Of a stretch of DNA of 64,000 bases, positions 10,452 to 22,357 are shown piece by piece. Each line of letters begins with the position of its first letter. Within the stretch, counting starts at the first letter, position 1. The notes beneath the pieces are model-generated. The model had not been told where the DNA came from, did no database searches, and worked only from the letters and a program-made list of their open reading frames with translations. The translations under genes were made by a program, and so were the position numbers. Source of the stretch: Felis catus (lineage: Eukaryota); NCBI RefSeq assembly GCF_018350175.1, contig NC_058379.1, positions 68,324,001 through 68,388,000 of the forward strand, given 5' to 3'.

Positions 10452-10875
10452 CTGAGGTTCTCCAGCCTGGCCTTACTTTAGAAGTCCCTGGGAGGGGCGC
10501 CTGGGTGGCGCAGTCGGTTGGGCGTCCGACTTCAGCCAGGTCACGATCTCGCGGTCCATGAGTTCGAGCCCCGCGTCAGGCTCTGGGCTGATGGCTCAGA
10601 GCCTGGAGCCTGTTTCCAATTCTGTGTCTCCCTCTCTCTCTGCCCCTCCTCCGTTCATGCTCTGTCTCTCTCTGTCCCCAAAATAAATAAACGTTAAAAA
10701 AAAAATTTTAAAAAAAATTAAAAAAAAAAAAAGAAGTCCCTGGGAGCTTTCAAAATATACAGATGCCTTGGCTGTGCCCTCAAATACTCTGACATGCGGT
10801 GGCTCCTTGGACATCGATATTTTTAAAAAGCAATCCTAGATGGCTCCGGTGTATAACCAAGGTCGAGAACCACAG
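10452..10875. mobile_element. MER5A-like hAT-Charlie MITE split by a SINE
   Basis: Left GGTTCTCCAGCCTGG...CCCTGGGA; right GAGCTTTCAAAATATACAGATGCC...CCAAGGTCGAGAACCAC; TIR-like ends. Confidence 0.75.
10494..10731 (+). mobile_element. Young felid Can-SINE (SINEC_Fc type)
   Basis: GGGGCGCCTGGGTGGCGCAG head; perfect TSD AGAAGTCCCTGGGA at 10480-10493 and 10732-10745. Confidence 0.97.
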
Positions 10876-10904
10876 TTCTAGACCCTCCCTGCCCTCACCC
10901 CGTG

Positions 10905-11010
10905 GCCTTATTCATGAGGAGGCAGAACCAGAGAAAGGGCATGTGACTTGTCCAAGGTCACAATGCAAGATGGTAGCCAAGCCAGCCCTAGAATCTCAGC
11001 CCCTTGATTC
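10905..11010 (-). mobile_element. MIR fragment
   Basis: GTGACTTGTCCAAGGTCACA core. Confidence 0.7.
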
Positions 11011-12289
11011 CTTTTCAGAACTCTTTCCTCTCTCCACGGCTATAAATGCTGGTGACAGTGCTCTCTCCCCAGCGTAGTTTTTGAAAAAGGAAGGATGGGT
11101 GAAAGGCCAAGGGAGCTGGCTATCTGGAGGAAGGAGGAGAAGAGCCAGGTAGCCAGCAGGAAGAAGCCACGGTCAAGTTTGCCCCCCTTCACAAAGGAGA
11201 AGGCAGTGCTGACGGACAGCCACAGTAGCTTTTTGCATAGCCTCCACCAAAGGAAGAAGAAAGTAGTTTAGTGCTAAGATTACACTTTGTGGCCATTGTC
11301 ACAGCCTCCACTGTGACCAGCTTTGCATCCCTGTGAATGTTACTACAGTCCCCAAACCCAGGCACAATTCCCAGCTCTGAAAAGGCAGCGCTGGGCCTGA
11401 CCTGCTCCTTTCACCTGCCCGGGGAAAATTGCCGTCGACACAAATACGGCCACTCCCAGGGGACAGTCATGCTGAAAGGGCCCTGTGTCTTAGAGGCTGC
11501 ACATAATACCCAATTATCCCCTGGCGTCCCCAGGGAGAGAATGGAGAGGTGAGGGTTTTCAAAAGCCAGCAGCCCTCAAGGCTCCATTATGGGGACACTC
11601 ACATAGCCTCCTTTCTCCAAACACCACAGAAGGTCATGGGGACACCGGGCAACAGAAGTACCTCTTTGGGACTTGGAGAACAGCCTGCCCTGGCCCAGCC
11701 AGAGAACCCCAACTTCCATTCCTAGCTCTAGAAACAAAGATGGCGGGCGTTGATGCGGAAATTCAGTATCACATGGGAGGTGCCTTCCGGGCCATCTCTG
11801 GGGGGGCTTTGGACAAGACCCATAGAAAAGTCCAAACGAGGAGGGTCTGCTCTCGTCCAAAACCGCTCTGTGTTCCATGGACTTTCTGATTGCCGCCTGC
11901 CCCGGGACCTCTAGGGCTTTCTCTCAACATCCCCAACTGCCTGTTCTGCTCCCCAGGCTCTGCCTGTCTTAGGCTATTCTCTCTGCTGCGTCGCTGTCTT
12001 TCTGCTGACACACCAGCAAGTCCCTGAGAGCCGGAAACACACTAGCTTTGCTTCCCCACAGCTACGAACACAGTGCTGAGATCACAATCAATCCAGTGCG
12101 ATGGATATTTCTGGATTGAAAAAGGAGACGGTTCCTTGTTTCCAAGTTTGGACCTCTGGCCTTCATTTCACTCCCTTTTTTGTCACCACCAGAAAATGTT
12201 GAATTTTTGAAAATGCACGTACAGCTCATGCAAAGTATTTATTCTTCCATCCCGCAAGTATTTGGAGCAGGGAGTACCCCGTAGTGTTT

Positions 12290-12510
12290 CAGACTATGGA
12301 GTCCTAAGGCCCGGAGGTTGAGTCCAAATTCTACAGCTTACTCTCTGGCTTACGTCGGGCAAACAATTTCACCTTCTCAAGCCTCAATTTCTTCATCTGT
12401 AAAATGGAATTAATATTAGTGCCTTGGTCCTTGAATTTGGGGGAAGATTCAATGACATAATGCAGGCAGTGCCCTTAGCATGCTGCCTGGCTCCTGGTAA
12501 ATGCTAGAGA
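12290..12510 (+). mobile_element. MIR
   Basis: GCCTCAATTTCTTCATCTGTAAAATGG core plus downstream GCCTGGC tail segment. Confidence 0.75.
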
Positions 12511-13139
12511 AAAGTGAAATACTATTATTTATTGAGCACCTACATATCTTTTGGGCAGCGTGATGCAAGGTGCTGGGCATACGAAGGAGAATAAAGCAAG
12601 TATATGGCCTTAAGACTTGCGACCTGGGGGAAGGAGAACCCACAGAGGATCATCAGAAGGCAGTGTTGTCCCTGCCACATACGGATCTGCAGGGGGTATT
12701 TTAGGGAGCCCAGTGCAAGGAAACCAAGCAGACTTGTAAAGGATGAAGAAGAACCCACGGGCTCACCTGCCTTTGGCCTGCGACCAGGCACGTGGCAATG
12801 TCAGTCCCCGGGGGGGGGGGGGGTGGCCTGCACCAAGGCAGACCTTGCAGGAATGAATGGCACCACCACGGGACAAGAGGGAGGCTCTGTGCTCGCCTCT
12901 GGAGGCAGACAGCCCTGAGCTCCGTCCCAGCCTCCACCTCGTGGAAACCTCACAAGCTAATATCAACTCTCCAAGCCTTTCTTTCCTCCTTTATAAAATG
13001 CAACTAGCAGGCCCACCTCGTAAAGGTCCTGTGAACAATCAGGTGTGTAGTAAGTTTCTCACACACTCAATGTTCGAGAAAAGTTCCTTGCTACGATTGG
13101 CTGTATTGTTGCCATTACCAGGATGGCCGCTGTGACCCA

Positions 13140-13720
13140 GTTCGCGAGTTTTCTGTACCGTGTACCAGACATTTCGATGGCTGTTGGAGACCCTAAGGCA
13201 AAGAAGACATAGCACGTGTCCTATGGGTACCTTGTAGTTTAATGGCGGAAGGGCACAAAAAAGATTTTTTAGAAATGTTTATTTGTTTTGAGAAAGAGAG
13301 AGAGAGGCAGAGAGAGAGGGAGAGAGAGAATCCCAAGCAGGCTCTGCGCTGTCAGCACAGGGCCCGATGTGGGGCTTGATCTCATGAACCGTGAGATCCT
13401 GACCTGAGCCCAAATCAAGAATTGGACGCTTAACCGACTGACCCACAGGCGCCCTAGGGGACAAATAAGATTTTAGGTCACAATTCAGGGGCTGGGTCCT
13501 ACGGTAGTGGTAAGCACAAGAGATGTGTGGGAACCCAGAAGGGCATTTAATCCACTTTGGGGGGCATTTAATCCACTTTTAATCCAGCTTGGAGGCAAGC
13601 TGTTAATGGCTTCTTCAGGACGAGGCTCGTGAGTTGAGTCCTAAGGGATGCAAGGCAGAAACGCTATGGGGTGGAGGGAAAGAAAAAAAATGGCTGAGGG
13701 AAGAACATTCCAGGTGGTAA
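13140..13720 (-). mobile_element. L2 fragment interrupted by a SINE
   Basis: Diverged antisense L2 3' sequence on both sides of the SINE. Confidence 0.45.
13263..13455 (-). mobile_element. Can-SINE
   Basis: GAGAGAATCCCAAGCAGGCTCTGCGCTGTCAGCACAG body; ends CAGGCGCCC. Confidence 0.92.
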
Positions 13721-14024
13721 GGACGAGGACATGATTAAGACTACTGGCGAGTCTAACCCACAGGCTATCCTGGCAATAACAGGGGGGAAGTGTGGCTTGG
13801 TGACCAGGGTGCCATCTGATTTGAAGGCTATGCCAGCACAGCAGCATTCAATAACTAGCTATTAGTGGATGTGGCAGAACATGCTGGTCGCCTACCAAGT
13901 GCCCATGCTTCCCTTCTTCCTCGACAGCAAGACTCGTGTGTGGAGTGGGACCAACGCCCAAGCAAAAATCCATTTCCCCGACTCTTGTGCAAATAGCGGT
14001 GGCCAATGAAGTGTATGCAGAAAT

Positions 14025-14505
14025 ATATACTTTTCTTACTTTTTATAATAACAAATATAAACGTACACAAAAGCAGAGAAAATAGTATCAGAACCGCCGT
14101 GCACCCTGCGCATAGTTTATAGCTATCAACATTTTGCTATTCTTGTTTCATGTATCCTTCCAATCCTCATGTCTTTTTTTCTTACTCTAGGTTATTATTT
14201 TTTATTTATTATTATTCTCTGCAAAGACAGCAGAGATTCCAATGTGGGGCTTGCACCCACAAACCAAATCATGAGATCGTGACCTGAACTGAAGGCAGAC
14301 CCTTAACGGACTGAGCCATCCAGGCACCCTTTTTCTAGACTATTTTAAAACAAAGGCCAGAGGTTATATTATTTCCACCTATAAATACTTCAGTATATCT
14401 CTCCAAGAAATGCTTTCTTTCTCAACATAACCACAACACCAGCATCGGACCTCACAGAATTAACAATAATTCCCTAATATCATCTAATATGCAATCTGTA
14501 CTTCT
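14025..14505 (-). mobile_element. L1MC 3' fragment
   Basis: CAAAAGCAGAGAAAATAGTAT and ACATAACCACAACACC...AATTAACAATAATTCCCTAATATCATCTAATA. Confidence 0.8.
14190..14330 (-). mobile_element. Internally deleted Can-SINE
   Basis: ATGAGATCGTGACCTGAACTGAA...GAGCCATCCAGGCACCC with short T-rich tail. Confidence 0.8.
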
Positions 14506-14784
14506 TTGGGAAATAGTGTTAAGGGACTGAGTTGGCAGAGAAGCAGGTGTCTGTCCCTTTGCCTTTCCTCCCATGCCCCTGCTGTTAGGTGACATTCAGG
14601 TGGCTAGAGCCCAAGTGACCACTTTGTGACCACGAGCCAACTTTGAGATGCACTTGGAGAAGCCATGCACTCTGGGAGGTGGAGCATGAAGAGGGGCAGA
14701 GCTGGGGCTCTGATCGACGTGGAGCTACTACTCCAGCACGAAACTTCTGGACGTTTCTTGTTTCCCAATCTTGCTTCTTAAAAA

Positions 14785-15259
14785 TGAATAGACTTTACTT
14801 TTTGAGCCGTTTGGGGTTTACAGAAGAATCAAGCAGGAAGTACAGAGTTCCCATATCTGCCCTCTCCCACAGTTTCCCCTGTTAGTAACATCTTGCATTT
14901 GTTATAATTGATGAACTGATATCACTCTATTGTTATTAACTCAAACTCACCGTTTACATTAGAGTTCACTCTTGAAGGGGGACATCCTATAGGTTTTGAC
15001 ATATATATAATGACTTGCATGTGCGATTATAGCATCATACGGAGAAGTTTCGCTGCCCTAAAAGCTCCCCCCACCCCTTTTTAGGGATGGGTAGATGCTC
15101 CGAAACCATTGATCTTTTTATTGTTTTCCTGTAGTTTTTTTGCCTTTTCCAGAATGTCACATAGCTGGAATCATCTGGCCTTATCCGATCGGCTTCCTTC
15201 ACTGAACAATATATATTTAAGGTTTCTTCATATCTTTCTCGATAGCTCATTTCTTTTTG
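14785..15259 (-). mobile_element. L1MB 3' fragment
   Basis: GGTTTACAGAAGAATCAAGCAGGAAGTACAGAGTTCCCATA and TTGCCTTTTCCAGAATGTCACATAGCTGGAATCAT. Confidence 0.85.
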
Positions 15260-15531
15260 NNNNNNNNNNNNNNNNNNNNNNNNNNNNNNNNNNNNNNNNN
15301 NNNNNNNNNNNNNNNNNNNNNNNNNNNNNNNNNNNNNNNNNNNNNNNNNNNNNNNNNNNNNNNNNNNNNNNNNNNNNNNNNNNNNNNNNNNNNNNNNNNN
15401 NNNNNNNNNNNNNNNNNNNNNNNNNNNNNNNNNNNNNNNNNNNNNNNNNNNNNNNNNNNNNNNNNNNNNNNNNNNNNNNNNNNNNNNNNNNNNNNNNNNN
15501 NNNNNNNNNNNNNNNNNNNNNNNNNNNNNNN
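15260..15531. other. Assembly gap (272 N)
   Basis: Run of n. Confidence 1.
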
Positions 15532-16714
15532 TGTGAGAGAAACATCCCTATCATTTCTGAGACCGCTGTAATCTGGGTCGCTGTTATTCGCAGCTGAATG
15601 CAATTCCTCCCTGATATACCGGGAAGGTGCCTGCTGAGTGCTGATTACCTGGACAGAAAGCTTCTACCAACACCCAAGGTGTCATCTCAGCCAAAAAAAA
15701 GCCAGTAGTAACTGCTCATCTAGCCATGTGTTATTTTCCACTGACATTTCTCCTTCTTTTTCATGAGAAGGTCAGGAGAGACTGCCAAGTGCATAACAAA
15801 TCCGTGGTTCTCTCCTCTTCTAGCTCTCTCCAGGCATTAGCAATACAAGAAAAGATTCCAGCTTGTCTTGGCTTGTTATTTCTGTCTTGTTAAGGAGTTT
15901 TCGAGTGATTCCTTCTTCTGGTGGGTGCTTACAAACCATTCGCTTAATAAGCCATTCCACATGTCTTTTGGCATTTCTCTGGTCCTTCACAATGTCACCA
16001 AGATTAAGGATAGTGGTTTAATAGTTGAGTCTACAAATCTTTTTGTAGTTGGAATCCTCAAATGCTGAAGTGAGCAAATACTCCCCACTATGATTACCCA
16101 GTAATCAAAATCATTTTAGCAACTTGATTTGGCTTCGTGCTGTGCAATAGTTGTGTTCTGGGGGAGCTATATATACATCACATTGTTATAAATTAATTCC
16201 TGTTTTAAGTGAATGGGGAAAACTTGTCACAGAAGAGGATAATTCAGTGAATCTTTCTATAAAGCAAATAATTCCACTATATGAATAATCCCCCTCTAAT
16301 TTAGCTATGAATATGAGATGTTCAAATATTAAGGGCTTTTTTTTACATATGGAGATTATAGCTGAACATTTGGTTGTATTCAATTCCTTTTTTCTCTTTC
16401 ACATTTATTTTCATTATTGTCTTCATTGTTGTTTGTTGGCGTCGCCAGGAAAGGCACTAAATTTTAGAAATATATGAAAAGAACTGCATTACTGGAGGTT
16501 GTCTTGTCCCTCCAGAAGCAGATCTTGTTTGGTGTTGAGGAATCTTATAACCTCCTTCAATGTCCACCTTCAGTGGTATATAATAATGACTTGCTTATAT
16601 GGCCTTGGGCAAATGATCAATTATAGAACCTCTCTGGGTCTCAGTTTCTTCATCTGTAAAATGGGAATGATAGAGCTAGGGTAAGAATCAAATGAGATAA
16701 GTAACATAGACTGC

Positions 16715-17218
16715 TGTGATGGTTAATTTCATGTGTCGACTCCACTTGGCTAAGGGACACTCAGAGAGCTGGTGAAACATTACTTCCAGGTGTGCCTGTA
16801 AGGATGTCCCCAGAAAATAGTAGCATTTGATTTAGTAGACTGAGTAGAAAGTGATCCTCACCAATGTGGGAGGGCATGGTCCAATCTTATAAGGGCTTGA
16901 AGAGAATAAAAAGGCAGAGGAATGGAGAATTCTGTCTCTGCTTGAGCTTGGACGTCCATCTTTCCCTGCCCTTGAACATCAGTGTTCCTGCCTCTCAGGC
17001 CTTCAGACTTGGACTGAATTATACCACTGGGTTTCCTGGGTCTCCAGCTTGTAGAGGACAGATCCTGGGACTTCTCAGTCTCTCTAATTGTGTGAGCCAA
17101 TTCCTATAATAAATCTCTTTGTCTCTCTCCCACTGTATGTGTATGTGTATATCATATACATATAGTACATATATGTACGTATATGTATGTGTCTTTACAT
17201 ATGTATATTCTCTCTGTG
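16715..17218 (+). mobile_element. MLT2 (HERVL/ERVL) solo LTR
   Basis: Starts TGTGATGGTTAATTTCATGTGTC; contains CTCACCAATGTGGGAGGGCAT and GTGAGCCAATTCCTATAATAAATCTCT followed by a TA-rich microsatellite. Confidence 0.9.
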
Positions 17219-17351
17219 NNNNNNNNNNNNNNNNNNNNNNNNNNNNNNNNNNNNNNNNNNNNNNNNNNNNNNNNNNNNNNNNNNNNNNNNNNNNNNNNNN
17301 NNNNNNNNNNNNNNNNNNNNNNNNNNNNNNNNNNNNNNNNNNNNNNNNNNN
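17219..17351. other. Assembly gap (133 N)
   Basis: Run of n next to a TA/TG microsatellite. Confidence 1.
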
Positions 17352-17517
17352 ACTGACCACATACAGTGTGTTCAGTCACTGTCAGCTATTATAATTGCTG
17401 TTAGTAGAAGTGTTGTTAAATGGTGGGATTAGATAGGCCCTCTCCTTCAAAGATAACTGTGATCACCTCACACCCATTAGGATGGCCACTATCAAAGAGA
17501 AAAAAAAACAGCAAACG

Positions 17518-17759
17518 TTAAAAAAAATTTTTTTTAACGTTTATTCAGTTTTGAGAGAGAGCATGCGAGAGTCAGGGTGAGTCACAGAGGGGAGTCAGAG
17601 AAAGGGTGGGCAGAGAGAGTGGGGGGCAGAAGATCTGATGCAAGCCCATCCCAGGGCTTGAACTCCCAGAGTTCATCCCAGGGATTGAACTCACAAACCA
17701 TGAGATCATGACCTGAGCCAAAATCAGATGCTTAACTGACTGAGCCACACAGGTACCCC
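17518..17759 (-). mobile_element. Can-SINE with internal duplication
   Basis: CATCCCAGGG(C/A)TTGAACTC occurs twice; ends CAGGTACCCC. Confidence 0.88.
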
Positions 17760-17986
17760 AAACGGCAAATGTTTTTTAATAAATGTTGGCAAGAATGTGG
17801 AGAAATTGGAATCCTTATGCATTGTTGGTGGGAAAGTGAAATGGTGCAGCGACCATAAAAAATGGTATGGTCGGCCCTCAAAAAACTAAAAATAGAATCA
17901 CCATAGGATCCAGCAATCCCGCTTCTGGGTGTATGCCCCAATGAATTGAAAGCAAGGACTCAAAGAGATTATTTGTACATCCGTGC

Positions 17987-18129
17987 NNNNNNNNNNNNNN
18001 NNNNNNNNNNNNNNNNNNNNNNNNNNNNNNNNNNNNNNNNNNNNNNNNNNNNNNNNNNNNNNNNNNNNNNNNNNNNNNNNNNNNNNNNNNNNNNNNNNNN
18101 NNNNNNNNNNNNNNNNNNNNNNNNNNNNN
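17987..18129. other. Assembly gap (143 N)
   Basis: Run of n inside L1. Confidence 1.
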
Positions 18130-18489
18130 CAACGTGAATGAACCTTGGATGAATGAACGTCACGTCAAGTGAAATAAGCCAGTCATAGAAGGATGAACAC
18201 TGTAGGTTTCCACTTATGTGAGTCCTATGGAGGAGTTAAATTCATGGAGATAGCGGAATGGTGATTACCAGAGGTTGGGCGGGGGGGGGGGGGGGAAGGG
18301 ATGAGGAGTTCTTATTTCATGGGTATAGAGCTTCCATTTGGCAAAATGAAGAGTTCTGAGGGTGGATAGTGGCCACACAACAACGTGAATGTACTTAGCG
18401 TCACTGAATTTTACATATAAAAACAGTTAAGATGGCACATTTTATGTTGTATGTATTTTACTATCATTTTTAAAAGCTAAAAAAAAATG

Positions 18490-18710
18490 GGGGTGCCTGG
18501 GTGGCTCAGCTGGTTGAGCGTCCGACTTCAACCCAGGTCACGATCGTGCTGTTCGTGGGCTCGAATCCTGCATCAGATGCTGTGCTAACAGCTCAGAGCC
18601 TGGACCCTGCTTCGGGTTTTCTGTCTCCCTCTCTCTGCCCCTCCCCTGCTCTTTCTCTGTCTCTCTCTCTCAAAAATAAACATTAAAACAATTTTTTTTT
18701 AATTTAAAAA
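18490..18710 (+). mobile_element. Can-SINE
   Basis: GGGGTGCCTGGGTGGCTCAG head, inserted at the L1 A-tail. Confidence 0.93.
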
Positions 18711-19223
18711 GTGGAGGAGAAAACCCCTGTAATTCCATACTTGGGGGGTTTCTATAGCTAGGAAACAGGGATATATCGGGTGGAAGGAGAAAGTAGGGAA
18801 TGGAGAAGCGGCCCACGAGGACAACCTGGAATGTTCTTTCGGGGAAATGAACGCCTGCCATAGCTGACCTGCTTGCATTTTGCAAGTATCCTTGAAGCTA
18901 ATTCCACGGCCCAGTGGCTTCATGAAGCACAGCATAGGTTAAGACCTGTATCTGGGTAACTATAGCTTCCAGAGCTAGGCCCTGCCCAAGAGGCTGGGAT
19001 TCAAAAATTACAACTCAATCGAGAGCAAAAGAAGGGTTCACTAGTGCTGGCTGAGTAATTAAATTACAAGGTGATTATTAGTCTGCTCAGGCAAAAATAT
19101 TACATCTGAGTACTTTAAGTAGCCTAAAACTAAAACTCCTCCCAGGGAAAAAAAAAAAAAAAAACACCTCACTAAATTAATGCCATTTTCTACCAATTAC
19201 AGATGCCCTCCAGTGACTACAAG

Positions 19224-19237
19224 GTTGCCATGGCAAC
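19224..19237. promoter_or_regulatory. Perfect palindromic RFX X-box motif
   Basis: GTTGCCATGGCAAC is the exact RFX consensus, in apparently non-repeat DNA. The motif is certain; binding is inferred. Confidence 0.6.
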
Positions 19238-20255
19238 ATGCCCGCTGAAAGGGTATGTTTGATAAGGCCTGAAATAAAGTATTGCAGAAAAGGAACATTT
19301 CACCTCTTATCTCTGTGTCAGACCAAAATTGTTTTCCAGGATGGGGGACAGGCCAACTGTCCCCAGTCTGCTCCTCTTTCTTCTGTGGCCCATCTGAGGT
19401 TCCAGACTGGCCAACTCTGCAGGGAGAAGGGTATGCCTAACATCTCCCCATATAGCTCCCTTCCCCTGGGATGGCCTCCAATTCAACGTCAGCCAAATGG
19501 CACCTTTCCCTGTTTTTCTGAAAGCTTCCTCCGCTACCTCCTCCAAGCAGGCTTCCCTGATGAACTGGCAGTCCAGTGATCTCTAGACCAGATTCAATTC
19601 CATTGCTTAGCTCTGTCCATTTTAGATTTTACAGAAGTTCTTTTAAAACTTCGGCAGAGTCCCTATTTGGGCTTAAGATGGAACAAAATAAATTGAAGGG
19701 TGTCTTACGCTCTTTATTCAAGTATCGAACTTGATCAAAATCAGCCAACGCCTGGGAAGGTGGTCATAGCCAATAACGCTGCGAACCACACTAATAACCA
19801 TAGATGCATTCCAGAAAAGTTGCTGGCAAAGCACAACTTGTCAATGAGATCTGATGTCAGATGCACCAGATGAGCTCTATTTAAAGAAACTATGGTTACT
19901 CCTTTTGTAAGAGGGATAATCATCTCATAAAGTGTCTTTTGTGTAAACTCCTATTTTCGTGTATTAGGTACATTTTAGAATTCTAAAAGCTGTCTCAAAT
20001 CCTTTCTGGAAAGAGTGGAGTATAAACAAATTTGATCATCAATTTTTTCAACACAGAAAAAGAGGTGGGGAGTGGGCACTTGTGTCTCCACATGGGTGAG
20101 AGAGGAACAGAATGTCTGCTTCTAGGGCATCCAGAAGACTACTCCTTATTCCCCGGCTCTACCGACAGTGAAGTGAGGATTACTGGGTTCGTGGCTCAAG
20201 CCAGGAGGAAACCCAGGGTCTGGGGCACCCTCCACTTAAAAACAAAATCTGACAT

Positions 20256-20476
20256 GGGATGCCTGGGTAGCTCAGTCGATTAAGCGTCCGACTTTGGCTC
20301 AAGTCATGATCTCACCGGTTCCTGAGTTCCCACCCCCACCCCCCACCCCATCCGGCTCTGGGCTGACAGCTCAGAGCCTGGAGCCTGCTTCGGATTCTGT
20401 CTCCCCCTCTCTCTGCCCCTCACCCACTTGCACTCTGTCTCTCTCTCTTTCTCAAAAATAAATAAACATTAAAAAA
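20256..20476 (+). mobile_element. Can-SINE
   Basis: GGGATGCCTGGGTAGCTCAG head; CT-rich body; A-tail. Confidence 0.92.
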
Positions 20477-20604
20477 CCCCAAATCTAACTGCACTGCTGA
20501 GGGTCATAGAATAAAGTCCAAATTGATCCCATTTTCATCCTACATCCCACACAGCCTATCCCAGTATAACAACAAAAACACCAATAATAAGCAAAAAATA
20601 AAAC

Positions 20605-20763
20605 CTATATTTCATTGAGCCCTTACGATGTGCAAAGTGCTTTGTATACATAATCTCACTTAATCCTCATAACAAGGTACCAAGGTAGTCACTATTATTT
20701 CCCCGTTTTGTAAATTTTTTAAAACTGTTTACTTGTTTTTGAGAGAGAGAGAGAGAGAGAGAA

Positions 20764-20804
<41 letters not shown>

Positions 20805-21070
20805 ATGCACACAATGGAGGAGGGGCAGAGAGAGAGGGAGATGCAGAATCCAAAGCAGGCTCCAGGTTCCGAGCGGTCAGCACAGAGCCTGACGCAGGGC
20901 TGGAACTCACAAACGGTGAGATCATGACTTGAGCTGAAGTCGGACGCTTAACCGATTGAGCCCCCCAGGCGCCCCTATTTCCCCATTTTGTAGAGGACAC
21001 AGAAGTTCAGAGCCCTGGAGTTGTCCAAGGCTGTCACCTGACTGTAAAAGGTGGCAGCCACATTCCCACT
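20605..21070 (-). mobile_element. MIR split by a SINE
   Basis: ATCTCACTTAATCCTCATAAC...CCCCATTTTG and GTCCAAGG segments flank the SINE. Confidence 0.75.
20713..20975 (-). mobile_element. Can-SINE with expanded (GA)n
   Basis: TSD TATTTCCCC(G/A)TTTTGTA at 20696-20712 and 20976-20992; (GA)n at about 20741-20802. Confidence 0.95.
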
Positions 21071-22024
21071 CTGGTCTGTCTGCCTCCCGGGTCCAGGCTC
21101 AAAGCAGCTCCACATTACTAACCTCCTGGACCTTCTCCCTCCTCCTTCCCTTTGCTCACTTCTGCCCTCCTCTTGCTCATTTCCATGTATGAACCCATGC
21201 TGTCTGCCCTTCCCACACGCTTCTCATGCAAATCACACTCAGGCCTCAAAGGCAGACTCAGGTCCCACAGCTGGGAAACCTCCCCTGACACTCCGGCTGT
21301 GAAGACATCCCTTTCCATGAACGATCATTCCATCTGTATCGTATACCTGGCGTGTCTCAAGTTTTAAAATTATACTACCATTTCTGTCTAAAGTGTGTCT
21401 TTCCTTCTGAACTAAACTGTGGGATCCCGTAAGCCTAGTTCAATGCACATTATTGTCTGTGCTTGCCATCCACGATCCCCAACTTAGAGCAAACACTTTA
21501 TAGGCACTAAATAAACACTTGGGTTAAAAAAAAAAAAAAAGGCCATTTAAGTTATTTTTCAAGCGGTGCCTATAAAGACTTTTTAATAACACAGAAAATG
21601 TGTGTTTTAAATGTTATTAAGTGGCTAAAGCTGGATGTGAACATGCATAAGCAGTGCTGTCTCAACTATTATAATTATACATAGCAAATCAACTGTTTAA
21701 AAGACGAAATATAAAAACTACTGGGGTAATAAATAAGTCAAGGAAGGAATTCAGATTTAACTGGCTGTGTCTTCATTGTTTGCTGCAATCATTTTATTAC
21801 TAACAAATTGGGAAACGTGACAAACATTTAAAAATCCAAGATACGATATGTGTCCCGAAATGAGCCACTGGGGTACCAGAAGAAAGTATTGTGAAATTTA
21901 TTGATATTGGCTTTTATATTAAATATAGGCAAAAAATATATAATCTTCCCTAAGAGCAAAAAGACTTTTGAACCATTAACTCATAAAAAATTTTATTACT
22001 TAAAAATATCTATTTCATCTTTAT

Positions 22025-22163
22025 GGGGAAGTGGGTGGGGGATTAAGAGCCCACTTATACATTACACTGAGTAATGTGTACAATTGTTGAATCACTATAT
22101 TGAACACCTGAAACTAATATAACACTGCATGTTAACTATACTGGAATTAAAATTAAAAACTTA
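22025..22163 (+). mobile_element. Carnivore L1 (L1_Carn-like) 3' end
   Basis: CACTGAGTAATGTGTACAATTGTTGAATCACTATATTGAACACCTGAAACTAATATAACACTG...GGAATTAAAATTAAAAACTT. Confidence 0.85.
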
Positions 22164-22164
22164 A

Positions 22165-22291
22165 GGGGCGCCTGGGTGGCTCAGTCAGTTAAGCATCCAA
22201 CTCTTGGTTTCGGCTCGGGTCATGATCTTGAGGTTTGTGGAATCGAGCCCTGCATCAGGTTCCATGCTGACGGCACGGAACCTGCTTGGGA

Positions 22292-22334
<43 letters not shown>

Positions 22335-22357
22335 AATAAACAAACAAACAAACAAAT
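22165..22357 (+). mobile_element. Can-SINE
   Basis: GGGGCGCCTGGGTGGCTCAG head, (CT)n, (CAAA)n tail. Confidence 0.93.

Larger units (their letters stand above)
13874..14790 (+). mobile_element. LTR16-like ERVL LTR split by L1MC and a SINE
   Basis: TGTGGCAGAAC start, GGTGGCCAATGAAGTGTATGCAGAAA; resumes about 14540 with ACCACTTTGTGACCACGAG...CTGGGGCTCTGAT. Confidence 0.55.
16590..17400 (+). mobile_element. MIR split by an MLT2 LTR
   Basis: GGCCTTGGGCAA...CTCAGTTTCTTCATCTGTAAAATGGG at left; MIR-like tail TCAGCTATTATAATT after the gap. Confidence 0.65.
17462..18480 (+). mobile_element. L1MA/MB 3' end (ORF2 C-terminus plus 3' UTR)
   Basis: CACCTCACACCCATTAGGATGGCCACTATCAAA, GATCCAGCAATCCCGCTTCTGGG, GTGAAATAAGCCAGTCA, ending in an A-rich tail. 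Confidence 0.9.

Noticed and set aside
13541-13590. Direct repeat GGGCATTTAATCCACTTT x2
   Set aside because: Simple local tandem duplication inside an L2 relic; two adjacent copies, no spacers, not CRISPR-like.
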